Below are positions 36,067 through 48,149 of a DNA stretch of 64,000 nt, piece by piece; within the stretch, counting starts at the first letter, position 1, and every line of letters starts with the position of its first letter. The position numbers were made by a program, and so were the translations under genes. The stretch is from Zygnema circumcarinatum SAG 698-1b (lineage: Eukaryota; Plantae; Zygnematophyceae), in the NCBI GenBank assembly GCA_037447605.1, contig CM074805.1, forward strand, positions 4,621,361-4,685,360. Direction: 5' to 3'. Below the pieces are notes generated by a model. The model made no database searches. It saw nothing but the letters and a program-made list of their open reading frames with translations, and had not been told where the DNA came from.

Positions 36067-38046
36067 ATGGCGGCCTTGGCAACCTCCGCCTCGCTCTCAT
36101 CTGCTACTGCTGCCATCACATCTGGAGTCTGTAAGCCATCCCGTGGTGCGAGCTTGAAGAGCTCGGCACATCAGAGACTCTCCTCCGCTTCCACTTTAAG
36201 TGTGTCAAGCTTTGCCGTTGCTGCGAGCAAGCAGAAGGCCTCTCAGAACGGTGCACGCGTTACTGTTTGCAAGGTATGGATCTCTTGAGAATGTCTCTGC
36301 TTGCGAGAGCTGGGATTGTTGGACAGCGGGACAGTTATTGCTGCCAAGCTGGAGAGAGGTAGCTTATGTTCTCTCACTCGTCATCGGGAATGTAGTATGC
36401 TTGCCCAGTACGAGAAATAGAAACTTGGGAGCATAGGAAACTGGAGGACAAAGTGCCCATGCATTTCCCCGCAACTTGAAAGTTTACGTTTATTGTAAGG
36501 ATCGATTGTGCAGGTGAGTGTGGGAGATGCGGCTCCTGCAGTGTCCCTCAAGGACCAGAACAATCGCTCTTTTAGCCTGTCCAAGTTGCGCGGCAAGAAT
36601 GTCGTTTTTTACTTCTATCCTCAAGCTGAAACTCCAGGCTGCACCAAACAGGTATTATAGTCGTTCTTAAACTTATCCCTTTTGTCGTCCGCCATTTTTG
36701 TTAAACTACTTGCTTGTTAAAGACACAGATGCTGACTTCTTTTGACTATGAGCATTGCACGCAAAACTGATTCCGTCTACAAATTTTGGTTCGCTGGTCT
36801 TTGTCTCCATTGTAGGCTTGCGCTTTCCGGGACTCTTTTGCAGACTTCAAGTCGCTCGGTGCTGTGGTGGTGGGCGTGAGTGGAGACGCTCCGGAAGCTC
36901 TTAAGGTGAGCCCTTAAGTTAGGTGGTTCAATTGCTGCATGTCATTTTGGACCTGCGATGGATGTATTCATCATTGATGGCTCCAGTAATTCAGTAAGGT
37001 AACTCTTAATAGTGGCTTTTTCAGTACTTTCGGTACCAGGTGCTTAAATGTCAGTTGACTGGACGTATTTCCTGGTAGATTTCGTGGACTTCAATACCGT
37101 TATGCCCTGAATATAAGGATTTTTTTTTTTTTTTTCTCCGCAATAAATTTTGTTCATGTAGAGTCCATGTGCAATTTATGCCCTTAAGTGATCCTGCGCC
37201 CATGAAAATTATTATCTGCGTACTGTTTAAGGGTTGGTGATTCATGACTGAGGTTTACCTTCTCCGTCCTGTTCTCCTATCGAACGATGGATTTGAAACA
37301 GACTTGAGATTGCTTTATGCTTTGCTGGAGCAACTGAGAGAGAAAGCGTTAGACCGTTGCTGAGAATCATGTACAATGGCAACATAATGTTTCGATTGTG
37401 AATTGCTAAATGGAAAGCGGGAGTTGGTCCGGTCGTCTTTCAGGCATTTCAGGAGAAGTACAACCTGCCTTACACGCTCCTTTCCGATGAAGGCAATGCC
37501 GTCCGCAAGGAGTGGGGAGTTCCATCAGACCTTTTTGGTATTCTGCCTGGCAGACAAACATATGTGATCGACAAGAAGGGCATTGTCCAGGTGAGGAGTG
37601 CTGGAGTGATCCCAGAACAGTCTTGAAGCAGCAGCAGTTACTCTTGCGGCTAAAATGATGATGGGAGATTTAAGCCCAATTTATGTCATTTTGGGTCATA
37701 GCACATGATGTGAATTGGCTTTAGAATATGAGAGGGAAAGCGCCTTGAACATGAAGGATGATTCTGCATTCACAGTGGGGCACGATTTACTGGGAAAGTT
37801 CAAGGACGTTTTATGCTGCGAAAGGCGGAGAGAGGAAAGCTTGTTGGGGTGAATAGGAGAGAGGAACGAAAGCTACTGCTTACCTTTGCCATGCTTGTGG
37901 TAACTTAAAGTCTGGCGACCTCATTTCTACCAACCCTCCCCCTCCTCCTCTTTGTTTCGCTCTCTGTTGTTTTGCAGCTAATTTTCAACAACCAGTTCCA
38001 GCCGGAGAAGCACATAGAGAAGACCTTGGAGGTCCTTCAAGGATAA
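36067..38046 (+). CDS. PRXQ: Peroxiredoxin Q, chloroplast, 5 exons
   Basis: Transit peptide, then [24 protein letters not shown] (CxxxxC), LPYTLLSDEGNAVRKEWGVP, LPGRQTYVIDK, FNNQFQPEKHI; TAA at 38044-38046. Confidence 0.96.
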
Positions 38047-39039
38047 ATGTACCAATGAAATGCTATCCCTCAGAAAAAAACAAAAAGAAGATACCCGTTT
38101 TTAGGCCATTGTCCTTTTCGTTATTCCCTCATTCATTATTTTTCCCGTAAGCGATTCGATTGTCAGTAACTAGGCTATGTATGGTTTGCCGTACACGGAA
38201 TAGAGCAGCAATTTTGTAGACGTTTTGTTGAAGCGTCTGAGATTTGCACTTGCCACGCTGCGCGTTGTATTCATTTCTATTTCCATGCCATGATTGTCTC
38301 TCGCTCGTGGAGGACGTTTACTATTCATTCTAGATGGCTCAGACCTGGCATGAGGGAACATGCGCATTAACAAACATACCCAAACACAATAATCAATTTA
38401 AAGAGGTTCGAAGCATATTTAGCGACGCTGCAGTATACTCACTTCTTGCAAACCAGACTTGGCAAAGTACCAAGTATTGGAAAAAAAGTTACATGAAACA
38501 TTCAATTTGCTGAAGTCTACGTTTGTTGTCAGCGTTTGTGCCCATAATCCTTCCCAGCCCAATCCATGGTTCATGGTTCAATGCAATTGATCACTACATG
38601 CTTCCTTTCGACTTTCAAACGTCAGCAGATCTCATACACTGCCCTACAAGAAACTCTAGCATTTCCATGACATCTGGAACTCTCCTGTCTCAGTTCCAGT
38701 CCAGTTCCAGTTCAGTTTCAGTGCAATTTTACGTGATCATTACATAGAACTGTGCGTAAACCCACCCCAGCAAAAAGCCCTTCTCCATGTTGACAGTAAC
38801 CCAATGAAGACGCGCCACGTGTGCAAAACTGCACATGTGGCAGCCCCCCATTGGATGATACTTGTGCATGGAGCTCTCTCCGGGGGAACTGTCCCTCCCT
38901 CCCTCCCTCCCTCCCGGTCTCCCTCTCTCTATTTCACTCTCAAAGACATGGCGGCCCGGCCGGGGAGTAGCTGTGCTCCATGATTCCGCACACGCTGAAC
39001 CACCCCTGCTGGACGTGCGGACCTTCTGCGGTGGCAGCC

Positions 39040-42000
39040 ATGGCTGATTCTGAGGATCCTCCGGCAGTCTTGGAGGCACCAAGGGAGGCTCCTGCGCCGG
39101 TGGCAGCTCCGCCAGTCGGCTTAGAAGGGAAGGATGCAGGGGATGTGAAGAAGGGAGGAGAGGTAGAGGGGGAGGGAGGGAAGAAGAAGGACCCCAAGGC
39201 TGCGAAGAAGGCGGAGAGGCTAGCAGCCAGGCAAGCACAAGCGCAGAGTGCAGGTATGTTTACGTGAAATTTGAGATGAAGTTAGGGTTGAGATTAGGAA
39301 TGGAGTTAGAGTTTAGGGCACGGTCTGGTTTTACGTTGCAAAGAATTGCATGTGGTCATATTCTGGACGAGAATGTAACCTAGGGAGAGAACAAGTTTGT
39401 GAGTATGTGAGAGGAGCTTAGGTTTTGGGAGGTATGGCTCAAGTGGTTGAAGTGGAGGCAATGTGGTCGTAGAGAAAGATGTGAATTGCTGGAATGTTTT
39501 TTGGACGAGTGCTATATAGAGATTAAAGCAGGCAAATGGCCTCAGAGTGTCTGCAGAGTTCAGAAACTGCTAGCTCTCTCCCTTCCGCGCCCTTCTCTCT
39601 TCTTGAATGTTGACGTTATGGCTTTAAGAAGACTTGGAGTAGTGGGAGAGGGAACATAACGAGTCGATATTGAGGAGGGAGAGGTGAGAGGACTATTAGC
39701 GGGCACTCGCGTGTGCTCGGGCATGCTTTGCAGTTCTATCCAACAAGAGTGTTTCTGCTGCCTTCCACGAAAATGTTCGCTCAACTAAGCGTGGTGGGGC
39801 TGGAGGGCGGGAACAGCTACCAAGGAGGATGATCCTTTAGCTGCAAATTATGGCGACCTCCCTTTGGTCCAGTCGACGGAGATCTCCGGGAAAGTGTGGA
39901 CCAAAGTGGGTGCCCTAAGCAGCGCATTGGAAGGGCAGGTTGTGTTGGTCCGCGCTCGAGTGCATAACAGTAGAGGAAAAGGGAAGGTCGCCTTTGTTGT
40001 GCTCCGCGAAGCTGGTGCCACAGTTCAGTGCGTAGTTGCATTGGGAGATCATGTGAGCAAGCAGATGCTCAAGTATGTTTCCGCAATAAGTAAGGAATCA
40101 ATCGTGGATATCACCGGGAAAGTTGTCACTCCGCAGCAGGCTATTGAGTCGACAAGCCAACAGGTACTGTGAATGGATGAACCCACTTACACTTATGGAG
40201 TGGGAAAGGAGAGAGAGAGTGAGAGAGAGAAGGAGAGAGGACGGGAGCTCTGTTTTATTGATCTGGATTCGGCAAACATTGACAGCTTTTGCTCTTATAG
40301 GGACTCCAAAAGCCAATCCATTTTGTATCCTGAAGTCGCTGAAATAGGGGGAGAGATGCAGGTAGAGCTGCACATACAGCAGGTGCACTGTGTGAGCAGA
40401 GCGGCTCCTGCTCTGCCCATAAGCTTGGAGGATGCAGCAAGGAGTGAGCAGGAGATCGAAAAGGGAGAGAAGGTACAGTGTGTTGCCATTCATTTTTAAA
40501 ATGTTTATCGGTTCACATGCTGTCAAATTTTGTTTCTCCAGTAAAACGATGAACATATGGCTTCCATGTTCCGAGAAGTATGTTTCTGATCACCGACAGG
40601 TTAACCTAAGAGGCATTTGACTTTTCGACAACATGGCTTCATTGCTGACTGACCAATTTGCCTGACTGCAGTTGGTCTAGAAGGGAGCTGTGTTTGCAAG
40701 ATTTAGAAGTTGGTTTTTTTTTTCTTATCTTCCTTTTCAGGTGTTCTAGGACTCGTAAAAAGTCTGTGGTAGGGTTTTCATAATATGTTTTGATGCAATG
40801 AATGGGCAGGAGGGAGTTCAATATGTGAGAGTGAATCAAGACACTCGGCTGAATAATCGAACTGTAGAATTGCGCACTCCTGCGAATCAGGCAATTTTCC
40901 GCATCCAATCAGCTGTTGGTCAGGTACAAACTCCTCTGGAAAGGCCTTTCTAGTTTTGAATGATTTTCCTGCCTTTGCTTCAAACCCCACTCTCTCTCTC
41001 TCTCCCTCTCTCTCTCTCTTTCTCTCACCCACTCTCTCGTTCTCTCTCACTTATGTGCCTTTCTTCTCTTCACCACGTCTCTCCCCCTCCTATCTCCATC
41101 CCTTTCACGATGTCTCCCACTCCTCGCCCCCTGCCTCCTCCCTCTCTCCCTCTCCCACTTTCCCACTCCCAAATCAGGTCTCTCACCCTAGCCTTGCCTT
41201 TCCAAAGAACGAAATTCAAACCCTAATTCCCCCTTGTTCCTCATCCCACCTCATCCGCATTTGCAGCTGTTCAGAGAGTTCATGTATGCTGAAAACTTCA
41301 TGGAAATCCACACTCCTAAGCTTATTTCCGGAGCAAGTGAAGGCGGAGCCGCCGTCTTCAAACTTGACTATAAGGGGCAGTCTGCCTGCCTTGCTCAGTC
41401 CCCTCAACTCTACAAGCAGATGGCGATAACGGCAGACTTTGGAAGAGTTTTTGAGATCGGACCGGTTTTTAGGGCAGAAGATTCGTTCACACATCGCCAC
41501 CTGTGCGAGTTCACCGGATTGGATATAGAGATGGAGATTAAGGAGCATTATTTTGAGGTCAGCCCGTTTCCAGGGGAGAAGAAGGGGGTCTCTCTTCTGC
41601 TTCTTCCTAAAGATCTCTTTTCAGATTTGTTCCTTTTTTCTTGTTTCTGGGATGCAGGTTTTGGATCTTGTTAACAACCTGTTTGTGACTATATTTGATG
41701 GCTTAAATGCACGCTTCGCAACCGAACTTGCAGCTGTCAATCAGCAATACCCTTTTGAACCTCTCCAGGTGCGAACGCGCGATCCTGTTTTTTCTTCTCC
41801 ATGTTCACATAGGAATACTGATTCTCAGGAGCTGACTGCGGTTGACTGCGGTTGACTGTGGCTGACTGCGGTTGACTGCTGTTGACGTTAGCTGCAATTG
41901 GTTGGGGGAAATCGCAGTATCCTACGGAAGGCCTCAAGTTCTCATTTGCAGAAGGCATCGCCTTTTTGCGGGTGAGTCAGAAACCGTAAACTCTAACTTT

Positions 42001-43243
42001 CCAATTCTTCGAGGGCTCAGCGGGAATCCTGAACCCTAAACTCCTCGTAGTGTGGAATGTGGCTATGGCCCGCAACTGAAGGTAGGAGGTGCATGCAGGA
42101 AGAGGGCCACATTGTGGACGATTTAAGTGACATCAACACGGAAATGGAGAAGAAATTGGGAGACATTGTCAAGCGGAAGTAGGTTCCTTTATTAGTATGA
42201 AAAGACACACATTCGCACTCCCCCTCTCCCTCTCCCCCCTCTCCCCCCCTCCCCCTCCTCCTCCCCCTCCCCTTCCCCCGCCTCTTCCTCTCACGCCTCT
42301 TCCTCTCAGTCACCTCCCCCTCCCCCTCCCTCCTCCACCCTCCTCCCTCCCCCATGCTGACTGTGTTTGGGAATTTGGAGATGTCATGTGTCACGTGCCT
42401 CTAATCCAAGATGGTAGTTTGAGTGTTTCTGACTCCCAGTTTGTCATTTTTCCTTATCTGTCTCTCTCCAGATTTGGGACAGATTTTTACATAATGTACC
42501 GATACCCATCGGCAGCGAGAGCCTTCTACAGTATGCCCTCTCTGGACGATGCGCGGTATTGCAATTCTTTTGATGTTTTTATCAGAGGTACGGGAATGGC
42601 TTTTTCTCGTTACTGAATTAGTATCGATAATAAGAAAAAACCTTTCTTTCCCGAGCTTTTTTGATGCCGGTATGGCCATAGCTTTTGGAGACTGCCCGGA
42701 GAGTTCAGGCAGCTTGTTAATGTACTGCAGCGAAGCAGGAGACGTCGAAGTGGAGGTTCTGAAGTTCTTTGTTCTGTTTCTTTTGGGGCAGGTGAGGAAA
42801 TTCTTTCTGGGGCACAGCGCATTCACGAGCCGGAGCTTCTTACAAAGAGGGCGGAAGAGTGTGGAATCGATGTGAAGACCATCGCCGCCTACATCGACTC
42901 TTTCAGGTCCTTACAAGAGCCTTTTGTAAGAGAGAGAGGGAGGGAGAAGTGGAGAGGGAAGGGAGAGGAGAGGGAGGGAGTAAGAGGGGGGAAAGGAGGA
43001 GGGATATAAGGTTGGAGGGTAAGCATAGGAAGCTACTCTGGTAACAAAAGAGAAAGGGGCTCAAAGGGGTCAGGTTTAAATAGTCATTTACCGTTTGTTG
43101 TGTTTGGGCTGAGCAGGTTTGGAGCAGTTCCCCACGCGGGTATTGGAGTGGGGCTGGAGCGAGTGGTGATGCTCTTTTGTGGACTCAATAACATTCGGAA
43201 GACCTCCTTGTTCCCTCGAGACCCGCAGCGGCTGACTCCATAA
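39040..43243 (+). CDS. DARS: Cytosolic aspartyl-tRNA synthetase, 11 exons
   Basis: [11 protein letters not shown]-fold [119 protein letters not shown]. Confidence 0.97.
41831..41887 (+). repeat. 10-bp tandem repeat (GTTGACTGCG) x5-6 in a DARS intron
   Basis: Units at 41831, 41841, 41851, 41861, 41871 and a partial unit at 41881; same unit x2 at 30718-30737. Confidence 0.85.
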
Positions 43244-44039
43244 TGTGACGGTTTTAGGGTTAGGATGGGCTAATGCCAGCCTCAGAGCACACAACTCATC
43301 ACACAATTTCATTTTTGAATTTGAGACCAAACATCCAACCGTTTTCCGTGCACGGAATGAATGGTTAGAGAGGGAAGGAGAGACAAGGGGAGGGAGGGAG
43401 GGGGGAGAGAGGGGAAGAGCCTTTCGTGAGGGAGCCATTGAGGGAATGCATTCGCTATTGTACTGTTTTCAAGGACAGAAGAATCTTAGTAGGAAGCTGA
43501 AAGCCTAAGAGATCCAAGCAAGGTGCGATTATGTTGTCTTGTTATGCTCACACATCCAACGTTGAAATCGCTGTGATTGACCATCAAAGCAGCAGCAGTT
43601 AACTCACTCTGTTGGAAGCACGAAGATCAGAGTAGAAAGTAGTTTTGTTGCAACGTGTTTAAGAAGTGGTTTACATCGTAAAAATTCTTCCATAAAGTAC
43701 CTTCAACAGAGTAAAAGGGGATAGATGAAGAAATTCGAAGTGGTTTTTTGATCCACACTTCAAAGTCCTCATGTTTTCCTTTTAAAATTCCACAACTTAC
43801 TCTCACTTTTATCGTCTCCACTGTCTAACTTAGACGTGTAGGAGGCCAAGATCATTGATTCCCTGCTTGAACCTTCAAACAAAGAAGTCAAGTAGAGGAC
43901 TGCTCAACCCTTGAAGGAATCGGACCGATTAAAAAATCAGAGCACGATATTTACTCACATTACGCCAAATCCGTCCTACAACTCGGTGCGTCCCAAGGGG
44001 CAATTGACAATGTAAGTGGAGGCAAACAACCCATCCCGA

Positions 44040-45102
44040 TTTATAGAAAGAACAATCCAGAGGAGAAAAAAAAGGGCTTCAGTTTTGGAGATGGGTCTCG
44101 AAAGCCACCCCCTGAAAGCAACCTCCGCACAAAAGCTCTAGCGAAACCAAACCCTAAAATTCTGGCCAGACGTGCGACTAACTGAATAATTAAATTAACT
44201 AACTTAACAATCAAGGTACTCTGGCATCTGAAATTCCTGAAGCAAATATGCTCTCCGAAAAAAGAATATGCACAGTAACGGAGCAGGCGTGGGCGAAACT
44301 TGAATGAAACAGTAACTGTAGCACCCCACTCCAATTTGTTGAACCTCCCACTCCCACTCTCACCCTCCTCAACTTCACAACATCACTATGGCATGATGCT
44401 CCTGCTCCGATATCCACACCTTAAGCGGCTGCCAATAACATCACCGTGACAAACGCTTATCATATTTTCGCTTCCATAGAGGCGTGCTCAACAGGAGTGG
44501 AGGAGTGCTGTCGAATCTGCATGCTCAACAAGAGACTCTTAGGGTTGTTCCTTTTCACAACTTCGCCACAACGCAGCCTGCTGCAACATTTGAAATTGGT
44601 CGCAGTGCAGAGATCTCACCGGAAGATCACTGGTTTATGGCTTAGAAAAAAAATTCTTGCAAAAGTGGCTCCCATCTAAACGTTGTCGGGCATGAATTCA
44701 CGGTACAAAGAACGAGCGATAGCCTGCTCAGTCAGTCATTTACCGGGCAAGATTCAACAAAAAGTCAACGCTTACGCAGTGAAATCACCATTACCGTCGG
44801 AGACCCTCCTCTACAGATACATCCATCACTGTAATTGCAAGTGCAAACTAGGAAGTGGTAATTCAGCAATCACTTTTTGCATGTACATGTCCTGGGAGCT
44901 CCAAAACACGAGGTGACTAAGGCATAAAAGGCATCGGACCTCGGAAGGCTGTTTTTTTGAAGACTGCGAAACAGCGCCATCTGTAGACTGCCGTGTGCGC
45001 TTCACTTCCGCACCTGTTGTGCTTAACCTCCGCTTGAAGCGGCTGTAAAGGTCCCTGTTCAGACAACAACAAGCTCTTTTGTAAGGATTAGGTGTATGGC
45101 TT
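44040..45102 (-). pseudogene. G-patch gene copy A (broken 3' part plus flank)
   Basis: Near-identical to copies B and C. Carries the 8-bp exon-3 deletion and has lost the last-exon acceptor; cut by the N-gap at 45103. Confidence 0.65.
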
Positions 45103-45112
45103 NNNNNNNNNN

Positions 45113-45887
45113 GGATTGTTCTCCAAATCAAAACTAGAAGCTGGTATTTGCTGCTGCACAGCTTGACCTAAAACACCCTCTGGAACGTCAATCACCTTAT
45201 ACTTCCTTGGCCTTCCTCTCTTCGCTCTCTCCTTTCCTGGTGACTGCGCTACTTGCACCGTACCCACCCCCTCTCCTCTCTTCCTGTCATTATCTGCAGC
45301 CATGATTTCAATTGCTTTGATTTTCGCTCCCTCTCCCTTTCCCTCTCCCTCCCACTCCCCCTCCACATCGTGACGACTTTCTCAAATCTCCTCCAATGCT
45401 TTTTCTGAATTATTCTCTACTTTCCTACCCAAAGCGTTCTTCTCCACATCAGAATTAGAAGCTGGCATTTGCTGCTGCATAGCTTGATCTAACACATCCT
45501 TTGAAACGTCAATCACCTTCGTCTTCCTTGGTCTCCCGAGTAGCTACGAGTTCAACTGCTTTGATCTTCACTCACTCTCCCTTCCACTACCCCTCCACTT
45601 CGTTACGACTTTCTCGAATCTCCTCCAAAGATTTCTCATCATCATTTTTCATCAAGTTTTATATAAAGAACAATCCAGGGGAGGGAAAAAAAGGGCTTCA
45701 GTTTTGGGGATGGGTCTCGAAAGCCACCCCCTGAAAGCAACCTCCGCACACAAGCTCTGGCTAAAACCAAACCCTAAAATTCTGGCCAGACGTGCGACTG
45801 ACTGAAGACCTAAATTAACTAACTCAACAATCAAGGCATTCTGGCATCTGATCGTAAGTGAAATTCCTGAAGCAAATATGCTCTCCG
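45113..45887 (-). repeat. Duplicate of ~57384-58158 (AT-hook gene fragment joined to G-patch 3' flank), bounded by N-gaps
   Basis: Reads essentially identical to the 57.4-58.2 kb segment; gaps at 45103-45112 and 45888-45897. Confidence 0.8.
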
Positions 45888-46569
45888 NNNNNNNNNNAAT
45901 CCAGAGGAGAAAAAAAAGGGCTTCAGTTTTGGAGATGGGTCTCGAAAGCCACCCCCTGAAAGCAACCTCCGCACAAAAGCTCTAGCGAAACCAAACCCTA
46001 AAATTCTGGCCAGACGTGCGACTAACTGAATAATTAAATTAACTAACTTAACAATCAAGGTACTCTGGCATCTGAAATTCCTGAAGCAAATATGCTCTCC
46101 GAAAAAAGAATATGCACAGTAACGGAGCAGGCGTGGGCGAAACTTGAATGAAACAGTAACTGTAGCACCCCACTCCAATTTGTTGAACCTCCCACTCCCA
46201 CTCTCACCCTCCTCAACTTCACAACATCACTATGGCATGATGCTCCTGCTCCGATATCCACACCTTAAGCGGCTGCCAATAACATCACCGTGACAAACGC
46301 TTATCATATTTTCGCTTCCATAGAGGCGTGCTCAACAGGAGTGGAGGAGTGCTGTCGAATCTGCATGCTCAACAAGAGACTCTTAGGGTTGTTCCTTTTC
46401 ACAACTTCGCCACAACGCAGCCTGCTGCAAAGCTGGGCTGAATAATCGAACAAGCACGGCCGCCAAATGGATAAGAGAAACAATTGAAATTGGTCGCAGT
46501 GCAGAGATCTCACCGGAAGATCACTGGTTTATGGCTTAGAAAAAAAATTCTTGCAAAAGTGGCTCCCAT

Positions 46570-47463
46570 CTAAACGTTGTCGGGCATGAATTCACGGTAC
46601 AAAGAACGAGCAATAGCCTGCTCGCGTGCTAACTCTTCCTCCCGAAGCTTTTTTCGCGCCTTCTTAGACAGAGCCTTTTGGGCCTTCTCAGAAGTTGGAT
46701 CCTGTTTCAGAGAAAGTCATAGTTCTGTTGATGTCAGTCAGTCATTTACCGGGCAAGATTCAACAAAAAGTCAGCGCTTACGCAGTGTAATCACCATTAC
46801 CGTCGGAGACCCTCCTCTACAGATACATCCATAACAGTAATTGCAAGTGAAAACTAGGAAGTGGTAATTCAGGAATCACTTTTTGCATGTACATGTCCTG
46901 GGAGCTCCAAAACAAGAGATGACTAAGGCATAAAAGGCATCGGACCTCGAGAGGCTGTTTTTTTGAAGACTGCGAAACAGCGCCATCTGTAGACTGCCGT
47001 GTGCGCTTCACTGCTCCGATTCCGCACCTGTCGTGCTTAACCTCCGCTTGAAGCGGCTGTAAAGGTCCCTGTTCAGACAACAACAAGCTCTTTTGTAAGG
47101 ATTAGGTGTATGGCTTAAAAAAAATTGCCAACACTACCGCTACAGTAGGTTCGCAGATACGAAATGTTTGTACTGAAAGAAAGAATATCTAGTACCTATC
47201 TAAGCATTATATTCGATGATAAATTACAAAATATTGTTCCTTGTTCCACTTATACTTGAATAAAGTGAATATCTTGTTCGCTGTTACGATAAAAATAACT
47301 TGTTCCTTATTCGACTTATATTTGACTAAAGAGAGGATGTCTTGTCATTTGTTCCACCAACAAGCCATTCAAAAATTACAATCTCTCTCGCATACGGAAA
47401 GGCCATTACTTGCTCTGCAGCGCCAAGGCCTCGCCCTTCCTGCCATCCCGCCTTCTTCAGGAG
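46570..47463 (-). CDS. Small G-patch domain protein (AT3G52350-like, from memory), intact copy B, exons 2-4; exon 1 lost at the gap
   Basis: Exons 47463-47410 (LLKKAGWQEGRGLGAAEQ), 47068-46946 (GPLQPLQAEVKHDRCGIGA...) and 46701-46570 (...ARSLYREFMPDNV*) are all phase 0 with GT-AG ends. Confidence 0.85.
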
Positions 47464-48149
47464 CTGCATCCCTCCATCCACCGTCATCAAAAACTGAGTT
47501 CCCAATCCTGAAGCCCCTCACGGCTCGCTCCATTCAAACGAGCAGCTTAACAAAAAATTGAGCTACAGCTTCATAAAATAATATCAAGAAAATAAAANNN
47601 NNNNNNNAAAACCAAACCCTAAAATTCTGGCCAGACGTGCGACTGACTGAAGACCTAAATTAACTAACTCAACAATCAAGGCATTCTGGCATCTGATCGT
47701 AAGTGAAATTCCTGAAGCAAATATGCTCTCCGAAAAACGAATATGAACAGTAACGGAGCAGGAGTGGGCGAAACTTGAATGAAACAGTAACTGTAGCAAC
47801 TGGCCTACTCCAATTTGTCGAACCTCCCACTCCCACTCTCACTCTCCTCAACTTCACAACATCACTATGGCATGATGCTCCTGCTCCGATATCCACACCT
47901 TAAGCGGCTGCCAATAACATCACCGTGACAAACGCCTATCATATTTTCGCTTCCATAGAGGCGTGCTCAACAGGAGTAAAGGAGTGCTGTCGCATCTGCA
48001 TGCTCAACAAGAGACACTTAGGGTTGCTCCTTTTCACAACTTCGCCACAAAGCAGCGTGCTGCAACATTTGAAATTGGTCGGAGTGCAGAGATCTCACCG
48101 GAACATCACAGGCTTATGGCTTAGAAAAAATTCTTGCAAAAGTTGCTCC

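Noticed and set aside
37650-37780. C/D-box snoRNA candidates (ATGATGA in a PrxQ intron; GTGATGA near 4284 in ABCE1 intron 1)
   Set aside because: No D box (CTGA) at a suitable distance and no terminal stem seen.
4063-43243. U12-type (AT-AC or GTATCCTT) introns
   Set aside because: None of the donors I resolved matches the U12 consensus.
44041-44417. Recurrent ORFs MEWGATV... and MDIGAGAS... as a repeated gene or TE protein
   Set aside because: They lie in the duplicated 3' flank of the G-patch gene, are disrupted differently between copies, and show no recognisable domain.
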